Of a stretch of DNA of 64,000 nucleotides, positions 38,440 to 51,600 are shown piece by piece. The notes under the pieces are model-generated. The model saw nothing but the letters and a program-made list of their open reading frames with translations. It made no database searches and was not told the origin of the DNA. Both the position numbers and the translations under genes were made by a program. Positions within the stretch are counted from its first letter, which is position 1. Every line of letters starts with the position of its first letter. Source of the stretch: Octopus vulgaris (taxonomy: Eukaryota); contig OX597817.1 of NCBI GenBank assembly GCA_951406725.2, forward strand, positions 176,452,001 through 176,516,000, in the 5' to 3' direction.

Positions 38440-39250
38440 ATGATACCTGCACCCGGTTACCCTACTTATATGAAAATAGCTCTTGGAAATAATTTTTGAA
38501 AAAGCTTTTTAAAAGAGATATGATTAACCCTTGCAAGGGGAATTACTCCCATTAGGCGAATGGTGTTTTGTTTTGACGACATGAGGTTTTTTTTGACAAA
38601 GCATGATTAGACGAACACACGAACACATAAAATATTTTCTGCCGCCTGACGGATTTTTCAGCAGTGACCATTGTGTAGCGCTTTTTACCAACTTACGGCC
38701 GCGCGATTAAACGAACACACGAACACATAAAGTATTTTCTGCCGCCTGACGGATTTTTCAGCAGTGATCATTGGGTAGCGCTTTTTGCCAACTTACGGCC
38801 GCGCACATATAGAACAGTTCACACACACATGTTTCTAAGTAGATTTTGTCTCGCCCCATATAATACACCTAAAATATTCTTAAAATAGTCAGAACCTTAG
38901 TCTTGGTCACAAAGAACATCTACGCACCCCGTGCTCTCACCCACCGGATTGACCGCTGCCTGACCTGTAAATATCTTCAACGCACCCACCACCCGATTTC
39001 AACATACAGTGATAAACAGTTTGGCCATGGGCTCTTAGGAGCCTCCTCGTTCGATTTGTTTTGCTGCGCCTCTGTTCTGTTTTTGTTCTGCCAACGGAAT
39101 TCCTATTTCTTCCTGAAGAGAAAGACACAATATGGTCTCCTTATTCAATCGGAATTTGGTAAGTTGTGGCTTTCGAAACACGTGTAGAATACAATAAAAG
39201 GATTTCTGTTCAATCTTCGTTCAACTCCATTTCTTCTATTCACTAATAAT
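38440..39250 (+). mobile_element. Longer member of the 34130 hammerhead family; ~100-bp internal duplication; HHR ~39106-39190
   Basis: ttc CTGAAGA gaaag...ctttc GAAAC acgt GTA gaa. ~38605-38704 is repeated at ~38705-38804. Confidence 0.7.
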
Positions 39251-39261
39251 ATATCTATCTA

Positions 39262-39327
<66 letters not shown>

Positions 39328-39391
39328 GTCTCTCCACAATGAATTTTATATATATATATATACACAGTGTTCACAAAATCTGTCCACAGTG

Positions 39392-39434
<43 letters not shown>

Positions 39435-39438
<4 letters not shown>

Positions 39439-42400
39439 CCAAGCCCCCTGCAACGGTCAAAACCAGCCACTACACTAACCTCCACATTTCTACTCAATGC
39501 ACAAGGTGTCAGCCCTTCCACCAATGCACAAAAATGGAAGGTCCAATTCATTGAAGACTGGGTTGGTAACCATCCACACCACATCCCTTTCTTCATTCTC
39601 ACTGAGACCCACCTTGACAACTCCCACTTGGAAGCCGAAGTGAGAGTGAAGAATTTCACAACCATCTGCGCGGATCGTATCGGCAGAAGGAAGGGTGGAA
39701 CTGCCATTTTCCTGCATGATTCGTTTACGGCAGATGGAAATAGTATATTCTCCAACGGCTACTGTGAATCAGTCACCGTGCACAACAAAGCCAATGACCT
39801 GACAGTAATTGGGCTCTATAGGCCGCCCCAAACACCCATACTGTGCTTTAAAGAATGCCTCAACAGCATTAAGTGCTTTATTCAACAATGCCATTCTAGC
39901 AACATACTCATGATGGGAGACTTCAATCTACCCTGTGTTGACTGGACTACAAACTGTTTGAAACCAAGCACTCCCGCCTCAACCGCTGACAAAGAAGCAG
40001 CAGAGTCACTTTTCGACTTTACGAATGAGTTTTTCTTGTCCCAACTTGTCCTTGCACCAACAAGACATCAGAACATTTTGGACCTAGTGTTTAGTAACCA
40101 CACTAACACTATACATAACGTTACAGTGGAAAAAACCCTTCTTTCAGACCATGACATGGTTCTCTGTAACATGAAGTTCCACCAGCCGAAAGCTAATCCT
40201 AGTGACCTCCCTCCAGCCCACCCATTTGACAACATGGACCTCCATAATGCCAACTGGGATGCAATCAGGAACGAGCTATCACATGTTGACTGGTCCTTTA
40301 CACATACACACATCTCCACCAACCATAAAACATCTTGGCAGATCTTTGTAGACACCGTCACAGACATATGTGCAAAACACTCCCCACCAAGACCTGTGAA
40401 CAAAAAGTGCAGAATCCCCCAAAACAGAAAAACTATTATCAGAAAAATAAAAAGAACAAACAAAAAAATTAACAAACTAAAGTACTGCCAACAGCAACAC
40501 ACACATTCGACGGCTATCGCACTGCTTGAATCCAAAAAATATAACCTCCAACAATGCATGAAGACCCTCATCAATAACCAAAGATCAGCTGAGGAGAAGT
40601 GGGCCATTGAAAAAATCAAACTCAACCCCAAAGTGTTCTTTTCATTTGCGAGGAAACGCAGGGTCACTGTCTCCATTGTTGGCCCTCTAATTGATGAAAC
40701 TGGCACTCTCCAAGATAGTGCCAAATCCATGGCCGAGATACTGCAGAAACAATACTGCTGTTTTCAGCAATCCTGATATGGCCGATCTGGGCTGTATCAG
40801 TGATGTCAACCCCCAACACACTATATCGGACATAACGTTTAGTGCCCCTGATGTCTTAGCGGCGATAAACGAAATAAAACACAATTCAGCAGTAGGCCCC
40901 GATAGGTTCCCTGCTTGTGTCCTGAAGGTGTGTCGACACCAACTTGCACCTCCCCTTGCTAATCTGTGGAGAAACTCACTGGATGCTGGCTATATTCCAA
41001 AAAACCTTCTGTCCCAGTCTGTTGTCCCAGTTTTCAAAAAGGGAAACAAGTCCCTTGCAGTGAACTACCGTCCGATCTTACTCACCTCTCATATCATCAA
41101 GGTATTTGAGAGGGTGGTGAGATCTCGAATAACGCAATTTCTGGAAAGCAACAGACGGCTGATCTCTAACCAACATGGGTTCCGTAATGGAAGGGACTGC
41201 CTAACGCATCTCCTGCATCACTTTGAGGACATTTTGAGAGCTTTGGGAGAGGGCTCCAACATCTACCTTGATTTCAGTAAGGCCTTCGACAGGGTTGATC
41301 ACAAGATCCTATTGAAAAAACTATCCAACATTGGTATCTCTGGAAAGTTACTGAAATGGATCAAGTGTTTTCTGACAGACAGATCTCAACATGTTGTAGT
41401 TGAAGGGGTAAAATCAAGCCCAGCCAAAGTCAGTAGTGGCGTTCCGCAAGGCACTGTGCTGGGCCCACTTCTTTTCATCATCTACATTAATGACATTAAT
41501 GACATCATCAAGCACAGCAACATAAAAATCTTTGCAGATGATTCCAAGCTACAGAAGGTCATAAATGAGGCGAGTGACCGGACATGCCTTCAGTCAGATC
41601 TACTGGCTGTTATCCAATGGTCAGAAAAAAACAATATGCTGCTGAACGAGAATAAATTTGAGTTAATCCACTTTGGAAAAGAGGATGCCCTGAAACTCCC
41701 ATACTCCCTTCCTTCAGGTGAAACTCTCGTGTCATCCAACAACATCAGAGACTTGGGAGTAATTGTGGACAACAACATAAGCTGGGCCACTCATATAAAC
41801 ACCAAAGTTGACATGGCCCGCAGAATGTGTTCCTGGATTCTCAGAACTTTCCAGTCGAGAGATATTCACACCATTATCCTTCTCTTCTCCACTTTTGCCT
41901 GACCCCACCTTGAATACTGTTGTCCACTGTGGTCTCCCCACACAAAACAAAGTATCATAAAAGTTGAAGCACCTCAAAGGGCAATCACAAAATGATAGAT
42001 GGCATGACAGGCCTCGACTATTGGGGTCGACTAGAAAAGCTAAAACTTTATTCTCTCCAACGTCGTCGTGAGCGCTACATCATCTGCATGATGTGGAAAA
42101 TATTCCATCAGCATTGCCCAAATGATGTTGGCATCACCTTTAAGGTACATCCAAGGCTTGGGCCCCGTGCCATCCGCCCAAAACAAAAATCGCACTCTCA
42201 TCTCATAACAACAATACGGCACAATTATTTCACCTCAATTGGCCCCGCTCTCTTTAACATTACACCAAAACACATTAAAACAGAAACTGACCCTATAGGG
42301 TTCAAGAAGTCTTTGGACAGATTCCTTCAAGAAATCCCGGATAAACCCCCTACACCCGGATATGTCTCTGTAAACAATAACTCTCTACTTGAGCGGGCCA

Positions 42401-42500
42401 TAGTGCCCAAATTCTGACTTGAAAGACTTCACCAGGTGGTGCTATTAAGTTAGACATGGCCTGGGCCAATAATGGCCGAAACCTATCAAAGTATCAAAGT
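39435..42500 (+). mobile_element. CR1-group LINE (family C), frameshifted copy
   Basis: ORFs 39628-40776, 40691-41902 and 41992-42417 are nearly identical to 30917-33925. Confidence 0.93.
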
Positions 42501-42669
42501 ATATATATTATATATACAGTGTTGAAAAAGTCTCTCTGGAGAGACTTTTTGAACACTATGTATATATATATATATATATACATATATAAAATTCACTGTG
42601 GAGAGACTTATTGAACATTGTGTGTATATATATATAAAATTCACTGTGGAGAGACTTTTTGAACACTGA

Positions 42670-42723
<54 letters not shown>

Positions 42724-42751
42724 CACTGTGGAGAGACTTTTTGAACACTGT

Positions 42752-43573
42752 ATCATCATCATCGTTTAACGTCCGTTTTCCGCGCTAGCACGGGTTGGAC
42801 GGTTCGACCGGGGTCTGGGAAGCCAGAAGGCTGCACCAGGGTCCAGTCTGATCTGGCAGAGTTTCTACAGCTGGATGCCCTTCCTAACACCAACCACTCC
42901 GCGAGTGTAGTGGGTGCCTTTTACGTGCCACCTGCACAGGTGCCAGGGGGGACCGGCATCGGCCACGATCATTTGGAGCTTTTAACGTGCCACCGGCACG
43001 GAAGCCAGTCGGGGCGGCGCTGGCAACGGCCACGTTCGGATGGTGCTTTTTATGTGCCCCCGGCACAGAAGCCAGTCGGGGCGGCGCTGGCAACGGCCAC
43101 GTTCGGATGGTGCTTTTTATGTGCCACCGGCACAGAAGCCAGTCGGGGCGGCGCTGGCATCGGCCACGTACGGATGGTGCTTTTTATGTGCCACCGGCAC
43201 GGAAGCCAGTCGGGGCGGCGCTGGCATCGGCCACGTTCGGATGGTGCTTTTTATGTTCCACCGGCACGGAAGCCAGTCAGGGCGGCGCTGGCATCGGCCA
43301 CGTTCGGATGGTGCTTTTTATGTTCCACCGGCACAGAAGCCAGTCGGGGCGGCGCTGGCATCGGCCACGTTCGGATGGTGCTTTTTATGTGCCACCGGCA
43401 CAGAAGCCAGTCGGGGCGGCGCTGGCATCGGCCACGTTCGGATGGTGCTTTTTATGTTCCACCGGCACGGAAGCCAGTCGGGGCGGTGCTGGCATCGGCC
43501 ACGTTCGGATGGTGCTTTTTATGTGCCACCGGCACAGAAGCCAGTCGGGGCGGCGCTGGCAACGGCCACGTTC
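42752..43573 (-). mobile_element. SINE-like element with an RTE-type 3' tail and an internal 67-bp GC-rich minisatellite
   Basis: The minus strand ends ...GGTGTTAGGAAGGGCATCCAGCTGTAGAAA...GGACGTTAAAC(GAT)n. About 9 copies of the 67-bp unit lie at 42989-43573. Confidence 0.75.
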
Positions 43574-43633
43574 ATATATATATATATAAAACTCACTGTG
43601 GAGATATTTTTGAACATTGTGTATATATATATA

Positions 43634-43701
43634 AGTTGCGGTGCCCCAGCATGGCCACAGCTCATTAGCTGAAACTGGAAAAATCAAAATCAATCAAAAT
43701 C
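43634..43701 (+). mobile_element. ~68-bp terminal stub of a CR1 family E-like element
   Basis: gcggtgccccagcatggccacagctcattagctgaaactggaaaaatcaaaatc matches the 3' end at 56208-56277. Confidence 0.8.
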
Positions 43702-43894
43702 ATATATATATATATGATGATATAAAATTCACAGTGGAGAGACATTGTGAACACTGAGTGTATCTATCTATATACACATATATATAAATATATATATATA
43801 TATATAAAATTCACTGTGGAGAGATTTTTGAACACTGTGTCTATATATATATATATACATATATAATATTCACTGTGGAGAGACGTTTTAAGAT

Positions 43895-43943
<49 letters not shown>

Positions 43944-43967
43944 TCATTGTGGAGAAATTTTTGAACA

Positions 43968-44003
<36 letters not shown>

Positions 44004-44031
44004 CACTGTGGAGAGACTTTCTGAACACTGA

Positions 44032-44075
<44 letters not shown>

Positions 44076-44154
44076 CACTGTGGAGAGTCTGTTTGAAGAC
44101 TGTGTGTATATATATATATAAAATTCACTGTGGAGAGACATTGTGAACACTGTG

Positions 44155-47100
44155 TAGCGAGCTATCACCAACCATCTATGCAAATCACAAGGACCACTCA
44201 CCCATTACCAACTTCCCTTACCTCGACATTCCTGTTAAATGTACGTGGCATCAACCCATCAATTATTGCCCAAAATGGAAGATCCCATATATAGAGAGTT
44301 GGCTCGCCGAAATGGCACATTGCTTCCCTTTATTTATCCTTACCGAGACTCACCTGAACAACACCCATATGGACGCAGAGGTGAAAATAAAATATTTCAC
44401 CATTGTTTGTGCGGATCGCACAGACCGAAATAAGGGAGGGACAGCCATCTTTATCCATGACTCCTTTTCACTTGATGCCAAGGACATATTTTCCAATGGC
44501 TACTGTGAATCGGTATCACTATACAACAAAGCCAAGGACATAACCATTGTTGGTCTTTACAGGCCTCCCCAGGCACCTCTAAAGTACTTTGAAGAGTGCC
44601 TTAGCAAAGTCAAGTCCTTCCTTCGGAAGTACAACTCCGGAAACATACTAGTGATGGGTGATTTTAACCTCCCTCATGTGAACTGGCCCACAAATACTCT
44701 GAAGTTAGGCAAGTGCTCTACATCAGATAGAGCACCAGCAGAACTGCTCTTTAATCTGATGGATGAGTATTTCCTGACTCAGCTAGTGCTTGAACCAACG
44801 AGACAGAATAAAACGATCTTGGATCTGGTATTGACCAATCACTCTAGCTACGTTCACAGCATTTCAGTCGAAAAAACTCTCCTCTCAGACCACGACATGG
44901 TACTCTGCAATCTTAATTCCCGACATATAAAAACCAAACCAGCCAATCCCACTCCATGGCACCCATTTGACAACATAAACTTCCACAAAGCGGACTGGGG
45001 AACAATCAGAAAGGATCTGTCTTCCATCGACTGGTCTTTTACTCTCAATTCCTCTCATATTGAGACCGCGTGGCAGCACTTTGAAAACATTGTCACCTAT
45101 ACGTGCTCTAAACACGCTCCCAAGAAATCTACTAACACAAACAGAAACCGGCTCCCTAAAAAGAAAAAAATACTCATCAGGCGCATCAAAAGACTCAACA
45201 AAAAAATCAACCAATTAAAATATTCCCACACACAACATCCACATTCAACAACAATGAAAAGACTAGAGCTGGAAAAACTTCATCTGCAGACTAACATGAA
45301 AACCTCTATTGAAAATCAAAGAGCTGTGGAGGAACAATGGGAAATCAAAAACATCAAACAGAACCCAAAAGTGTTCTATTCTTATGCAAATAAGCATAGA
45401 ACCACTGTCTCACCCATTGGGCCATTGATTGATGATAACGGCATTCCCCAACACGATGCTAAAGAAATGGCAGAAATACTGCAGAAACAATACTGCTCTG
45501 TCTTTAGTGTTCCCACTGATATTGACGTAAGGAAAACGAACGAAGTTGACGCCCAACACAAAATCTCAGACATAACCTTCACTGCCACCGACATCGTAGC
45601 AGCAATAAATGAGGTCAAACATTACTCTGCTGTAGGCCCTGATAGATTTCACGCTAGTCTCCTGAAGGAATGTAGATATCAACTTACAGTCCCTCTGACC
45701 AACCTCTGGAGAAATTCGTTAGACGCAGGTTATATACCGAAAAAGTTTCTATCCCACTCGGTCATCCCGGTTTTCAAACAGGGAAACAGATCCCTCGCAC
45801 TCAACTGTCGCCCAATCTCACTCACCTCCCACATCATTAAAGTGTTTGAAAGAGTGTTAAGATCAAGGATAGCTGACTTTCTGGAGACCCACAAACTCCT
45901 AAATTCAAATCAGCATGGCTTTCGCTGTGGCAGGGACTGTCTAACACAGCTCTTACACCACATTGAAGATGTACTCAAAGCCTTGGGAACAGGTTCGAAC
46001 TCTGACGTCATATATCTTGACTTCAGTAAAGCGTTCGACAGGGTAGACCATAACATCCTACTCTCAAAATTGGCAAATGTTGGAATCCGTGGAAAAGTTC
46101 TACACTGGATTAAGTATTTCCTGGCGAATAGAACACAACATGTTGTAGTTGATGGAGTCCACTCAAACCCAGCAAAAGTCACCAGCGGTGTTCCCCAGGG
46201 AACTGTTTTGGGTCCGCTACTCTTCATAATTTACGTAAACGACCTTTCCAGTGTCGTACATTACTGCAAAGTGAAAATATTCGCTGATGACACTAAGCTC
46301 CAGCAAATCGTCAATGAAGAAGCAGACCGAACTCAACTCCAGTCTGATCTATATGCTGTGAGTCAATGGGCAGACAGAAACAAAATGCAACTGAATGAGG
46401 GAAAATTTGAGCTGATGCATTTTGGAAGAAATACCTCACTAAAACAAGCATACTCTATTCCTTCAGGGGAACCGCTCACAGCCTCTAACAATATCAGAGA
46501 CCTGTGTGTAATTGTTGATGACGATCTCAGTTGGAGTGCACACATCAACAAGAAGGTCGATATAGCTCGTAGGATGAGTTCCTGGATCTTAAGAACTTAT
46601 CGGTCCAGAGTAAAAGGTGTCATCATACCACTTTTTTCCTCCTTTGTACGGCCACACCTTGAATACTGCTGCCCACTGTGGTCTCCTCACACAAGACAAA
46701 ACATCTCCAGAATTGAGTCACCCCAGAGGGCTCTCACTAAACAAATTGAAGGCATGGCTGCTCTCGATTATTGGGATCGCCTTAAAGCCTTGAAACTTTA
46801 CTCCCTCCAGCGTCGCCGTGAGCGGTACATCATTTGTACGATGTGGAAAATATACCGCCAACTTTGCCCAAACGACCTAAACATTAGCTTCAAGGTTCAT
46901 CCGAGACTTGGACCACGGGCTATACGTCCCCTGCCAAATTCAAGATCACAACATACATGTACACTGCAACATAATTTCTTTTCCTCAACAGGCCCTGCCC
47001 TATTTAACATTGTCCCGAGGGAGATCAAAGAGGAAAAGGATCCCATCAACTTTAAACAGAGTCTGGATAGATTCCTTCAAAGAATACCAGATAAGCCACG

Positions 47101-47268
47101 CATAATTGGATACAACTCACCCAACAAGAACTCACTACTTTAAAAAAAATTGACTTAAACAAAACTTGACTTAAACAGGATTCGAATACTCCTATCAGGT
47201 GGTGCTATTAAGTTAGATATGGCCTGGACCAATCTTTGGTCGAAACATATCTAAGTTTATCTAAGTTT
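44155..47268 (+). mobile_element. CR1-group LINE (family D)
   Basis: Long APE-RT ORF, 3' stem-loop and TCTAAGTTTA tail. The 5' end abuts an array unit. Confidence 0.93.
44312..47143 (+). CDS. LINE ORF2: APE endonuclease and reverse transcriptase (943 aa, nearly intact)
   Basis: LTETHL, GDFNLP, SDHD, YLDFSKAFD, SGVPQGTVLGP, FADDTK. Confidence 0.9.
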   Translation: MAHCFPLFILTETHLNNTHMDAEVKIKYFTIVCADRTDRNKGGTAIFIHDSFSLDAKDIFSNGYCESVSLYNKAKDITIVGLYRPPQAPLKYFEECLSKVKSFLRKYNSGNILVMGDFNLPHVNWPTNTLKLGKCSTSDRAPAELLFNLMDEYFLTQLVLEPTRQNKTILDLVLTNHSSYVHSISVEKTLLSDHDMVLCNLNSRHIKTKPANPTPWHPFDNINFHKADWGTIRKDLSSIDWSFTLNSSHIETAWQHFENIVTYTCSKHAPKKSTNTNRNRLPKKKKILIRRIKRLNKKINQLKYSHTQHPHSTTMKRLELEKLHLQTNMKTSIENQRAVEEQWEIKNIKQNPKVFYSYANKHRTTVSPIGPLIDDNGIPQHDAKEMAEILQKQYCSVFSVPTDIDVRKTNEVDAQHKISDITFTATDIVAAINEVKHYSAVGPDRFHASLLKECRYQLTVPLTNLWRNSLDAGYIPKKFLSHSVIPVFKQGNRSLALNCRPISLTSHIIKVFERVLRSRIADFLETHKLLNSNQHGFRCGRDCLTQLLHHIEDVLKALGTGSNSDVIYLDFSKAFDRVDHNILLSKLANVGIRGKVLHWIKYFLANRTQHVVVDGVHSNPAKVTSGVPQGTVLGPLLFIIYVNDLSSVVHYCKVKIFADDTKLQQIVNEEADRTQLQSDLYAVSQWADRNKMQLNEGKFELMHFGRNTSLKQAYSIPSGEPLTASNNIRDLCVIVDDDLSWSAHINKKVDIARRMSSWILRTYRSRVKGVIIPLFSSFVRPHLEYCCPLWSPHTRQNISRIESPQRALTKQIEGMAALDYWDRLKALKLYSLQRRRERYIICTMWKIYRQLCPNDLNISFKVHPRLGPRAIRPLPNSRSQHTCTLQHNFFSSTGPALFNIVPREIKEEKDPINFKQSLDRFLQRIPDKPRIIGYNSPNKNSLL

Positions 47269-47334
47269 ATATATATATATAGATATATATCTATATATAT
47301 ATATAATTCACTGTGGAGAGACCTTTTGAAAACT

Positions 47335-47382
<48 letters not shown>

Positions 47383-47455
47383 CACTGAGGAGAACATTTT
47401 GAACACTGTGTATATATATATATATAAAATTCATTGTTGAGAGACTTTTTGAACC

Positions 47456-47509
<54 letters not shown>

Positions 47510-47620
47510 CACTGTGGAGCGACTTTTTGAACACTGTGTAAATATATATATAAAATTCTCTGTGGAGAGACTTTTTGAACACTGTGTATATATCTATATA
47601 TATACATAAAATTCACTGAG

Positions 47621-47652
<32 letters not shown>

Positions 47653-47828
47653 ATTCACTGTGGAGAGACTTTTTGAATACAGTGTATATATATATATTTA
47701 AAATTCACTGTGGAGAGACTTTTTGAACACTATGTATATATATATAAAAATTCACTCTTGGGAGACTTTTTGAACACTGTATATATATATATATAAATAG
47801 AATTCACTGTTGAGAGCCTTATTGAACA

Positions 47829-47872
<44 letters not shown>

Positions 47873-47896
47873 CACTGTGGAGAGACTTATTGAACA

Positions 47897-47938
<42 letters not shown>

Positions 47939-47962
47939 CACTGTGGAGAGACCTTTGAACAC

Positions 47963-48039
<77 letters not shown>

Positions 48040-48063
48040 CACTGTGGAGAGACCTTTGAACAC

Positions 48064-48102
<39 letters not shown>

Positions 48103-48283
48103 CACTGTGGAGAGACTTTTTGAACACAGTGTATATATATATATAAAATTCACTGTGGAGAGACCTTTGAACACTGTCTATATATATATATATATATAAT
48201 TCACTGTGGAGAGACTTTTTGAATACAGTGTATATATATATATTTAAAATTCACTGTGGAGAGACTTTTTAACACTATGTATA

Positions 48284-48351
<68 letters not shown>

Positions 48352-48377
48352 CACTGTGGAGAGACTTTTTGAACACC

Positions 48378-48417
<40 letters not shown>

Positions 48418-48538
48418 CATTGTTGAGAGACTTTTGAACCCTGTGTATATATATCTATAACATTTACTGTGGAGAGATTTTTGAACACTGTATGTTTATA
48501 TATATATATGAAATTCACTGTGGAGAAATTTTTGTACA

Positions 48539-48599
<61 letters not shown>

Positions 48600-48602
<3 letters not shown>

Positions 48603-51600
48603 AGTAAAACTGACTATCCTTATACCGAAAAGGATGGAAACAAACAGCGCACACGGGTGTGTAGGTTCTACCTGAGAGGTACCTGCTGGCATGGAGAGGA
48701 AGTTGCAGGCTGCCGTTTTGCACATCGGGGACCCTGCCGCAGAGACACGAAACAGATCAGAAACAAACTAACAAAAGGAAAAGGGATGGAACACGCACCA
48801 CCTGTCCCAAAACGGAGGTACGCAGATGTGGTGCGTGCCACAAACCGCCAACATGATGTTGTTGAAAGGGCAGCTGCTGAACAAGAATCTTTTTTGTACA
48901 TGGCACAAAAGATTGTACAGCAGCTAACCTGGCTTAATCAAACCCAAGCTCGCAGATGGGTCTCCCCATACAAGACCACCACAGCAAATAGACCCAGGGT
49001 GGACACCGCCGGCAACAGCGTACACCTCAACTCGATGCTCCTACTGAACATCAGAGGACTGCAAACACTCAGTAGCAGGACAAAAATCCCGTTCTTGAGA
49101 GACTTTGTTGCATGCAATCAAGCCTTATGCATAGCACTTACGGAAACGCGCCTGAAACCGGACATAACAGATGCGGAATTACACATACCACAGTATGTTG
49201 TACTACGGACCGACAGAAAAGAAAGGAGTCATGGAGGAGTTGCTATGTACATCCGTGAGGACCTCACACCCCAGGTCCATTTGTCATACTCAAACTCGGT
49301 GTGTGACACACTAATTGTACATATAAGGCAACTTGATGTAGTTGTGTGTGCTACATATCGCCCTCCAGATGCCCCAAGCCATGTAGGCAAGTTTGAAGAC
49401 TGCCTTATAAAAATAGAAGAAGTTCTAATCACATTAGAACAACACATAAGTATACTTCTTATGGGAGACTTCAATCTGCCCAATGTCAGATGGCCCGAGG
49501 GCCTTTCTCTCCCAGAAATGATAAGATGTGAACGAGGTCAGGCGAGGTCCCTCCTGAACCTCATCAACACCCTGTACATGGAGCAAGTAATACTCCAACC
49601 AACCAGGGCAGGTAACACACTGGATCTCTGCTTCACAAATAATATGGATCTCATCCATAATGTGAAAGTGACACCGACAATACTCTCGGATCACAACATC
49701 GTAGAGCTGACCATGTACGGGCCAAAGGAAAGCATGGACATGCAGCCTACAAGAAACTCCCAGAATCTTTCCAGCATGAACTTCCATAAGGCAAACTGGA
49801 AACAAATTGAGAAAGAGATCCTCAAACAAAACTGGCCTATATGTCTGTCTTGGCCAGACATCGACGTGAAACTTCAACAATTCATGTCTGTAATGCAAGC
49901 CATATGCTACAAATGTGTCCCAGAGAGAAAGGCCACTGTACACAAGAACAAAATCCCCAGAGAGAAGAAAATTTTAATGAGACGGCGTACAAAAGTTTCA
50001 AATCGCCTAAACAAACAAATTGAAAGCAGTGAAAAGTCCCGCCTGAAAATGAAACTGTTGGAAATTGAAAAATGTCTGCAACTCTCCCATGAAAAGGAAA
50101 GAGCAGACAAAGAAGCCTGGGCTATAGACAACATAAAATCTAACCCCAGAGCTTTTTACAGGTATGCCAAAGAAACAGCTACGGTGCACTGTAGGATAGG
50201 GCCACTCCTTGTAAAGGATGGCACACTCACAGGAAAACCAATGAGGGTAAGTGAAATACTGAATGAGCAATTCAAGAGTGTTTTCACTCCACCCCTTGGG
50301 CATTTCCAAATCATCAATCCAACTGACTTCTTTACCACTGCAGATATAAAATCAGAGGCGGCGACGATAGATTACATCGATATAAAGGAAGACAATGTAA
50401 TAAAGGCTATAGATGAAATGAAAACAGACTCAGCTACTGGCCCCAATGGATTCCCGGCAATCCTCCTAAAAGTATGTAAGAGAGTCCTAGCAAGACCACC
50501 GCAGTTCCTCTTTCAGAGCTTCCTTGCAGCTGGCAAACTTCCAAGAAAACTGAAGGAAGGTAAAATATGCCCTATTCATAAAGGAGGTAGCAGAGCGGAG
50601 GCCAAGAACTACAGACCTATCTCTCTGACCTCACACATCAGCAAGGCCATGGAACGAATAGTCAGAAGGAAACTGATCACCTTCCTTGAAGAAAATGACT
50701 TGCTACCCGACAACCAACATGGTTTCCGACCAGGGAGAAGCTGCTTAACTCAGCTCCTACAACGCTATGACTGGGTGCTGAAATGACTGCTCAACCACTC
50801 AAATGTGGAAGTCATATATCTCGACTTTGCAAAGGCCTTTGATAAAGTCGATCATGGAATGATATGTCACAAACTGCGTGATCTTAGCATAGTTGAAAAA
50901 ACTGGGAGAATGGCTTCATGACTTTCTGAAAGATAGAAGTCAGGTGGTAGTAGCCAATGGGGCCACTTCCATTAACACGCAAATAGTGAGCGGTGTTCCG
51001 CAGGGCACTGTTTTGGGACCACTAATGTTCATAATGGTCCTCTCAGACATGCACTAAGCCACGCAGAGAGCCACGATCACAAGTTATGCAGATGATACAA
51101 AAGTTTCACACGCAATACAGAACCCTGAGGACACTAAACGCCTGCAATGTGAGCTGGACAAAATATACAAGTGGGCTGAAAAGAATAGCATGCAGTTCAA
51201 TGCTGAAAAGTTTCAAGCTTTATGCTATCAGCATGCAAAACTAAATGCAATACCCAATGAATACACTGGACCCGGAGGAATTGCAATCCCAGAGGCACAA
51301 TCAGTGCGTGACTTGGGTATTTACATGAGTGATGACGCAACCTTTCGTGTACATGTTGCTAAATTGGCAATGAAATGTAGACGACTGGCCGGATGGATTC
51401 TCAGAACCTTTAGAACAAGAAAACAAGAAACCATAATGGTCCTCTGGAGGACACTTGTCCTAAGCCACTTTGACTATTGCTCTCAGCTATGGTCACCATC
51501 CAGTGTCAAGTTGATCACAGAACCTGAGGCGATCCAACGTAGCTACACGAAGAAGATAGCCTCTGTGCAGAATATAGCTACTGGGAAAGACTCAAGAGAT

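Noticed and set aside
38424-38460. Helitron 5' end (TCTATCTATATAAA)
   Set aside because: It is indistinguishable from degenerate (TA)n, and no 3' hairpin-CTAG end was found.
42455-42482. LINE 3' hairpin-GAAAC as a hammerhead
   Set aside because: It lacks the CUGANGA core and stem III/NUH, so it is treated as a 3' recognition stem-loop instead.
42910-43672. Three overlapping 200-250-aa repetitive ORFs
   Set aside because: A stop-free 67-bp GC-rich minisatellite cycling through frames explains them.
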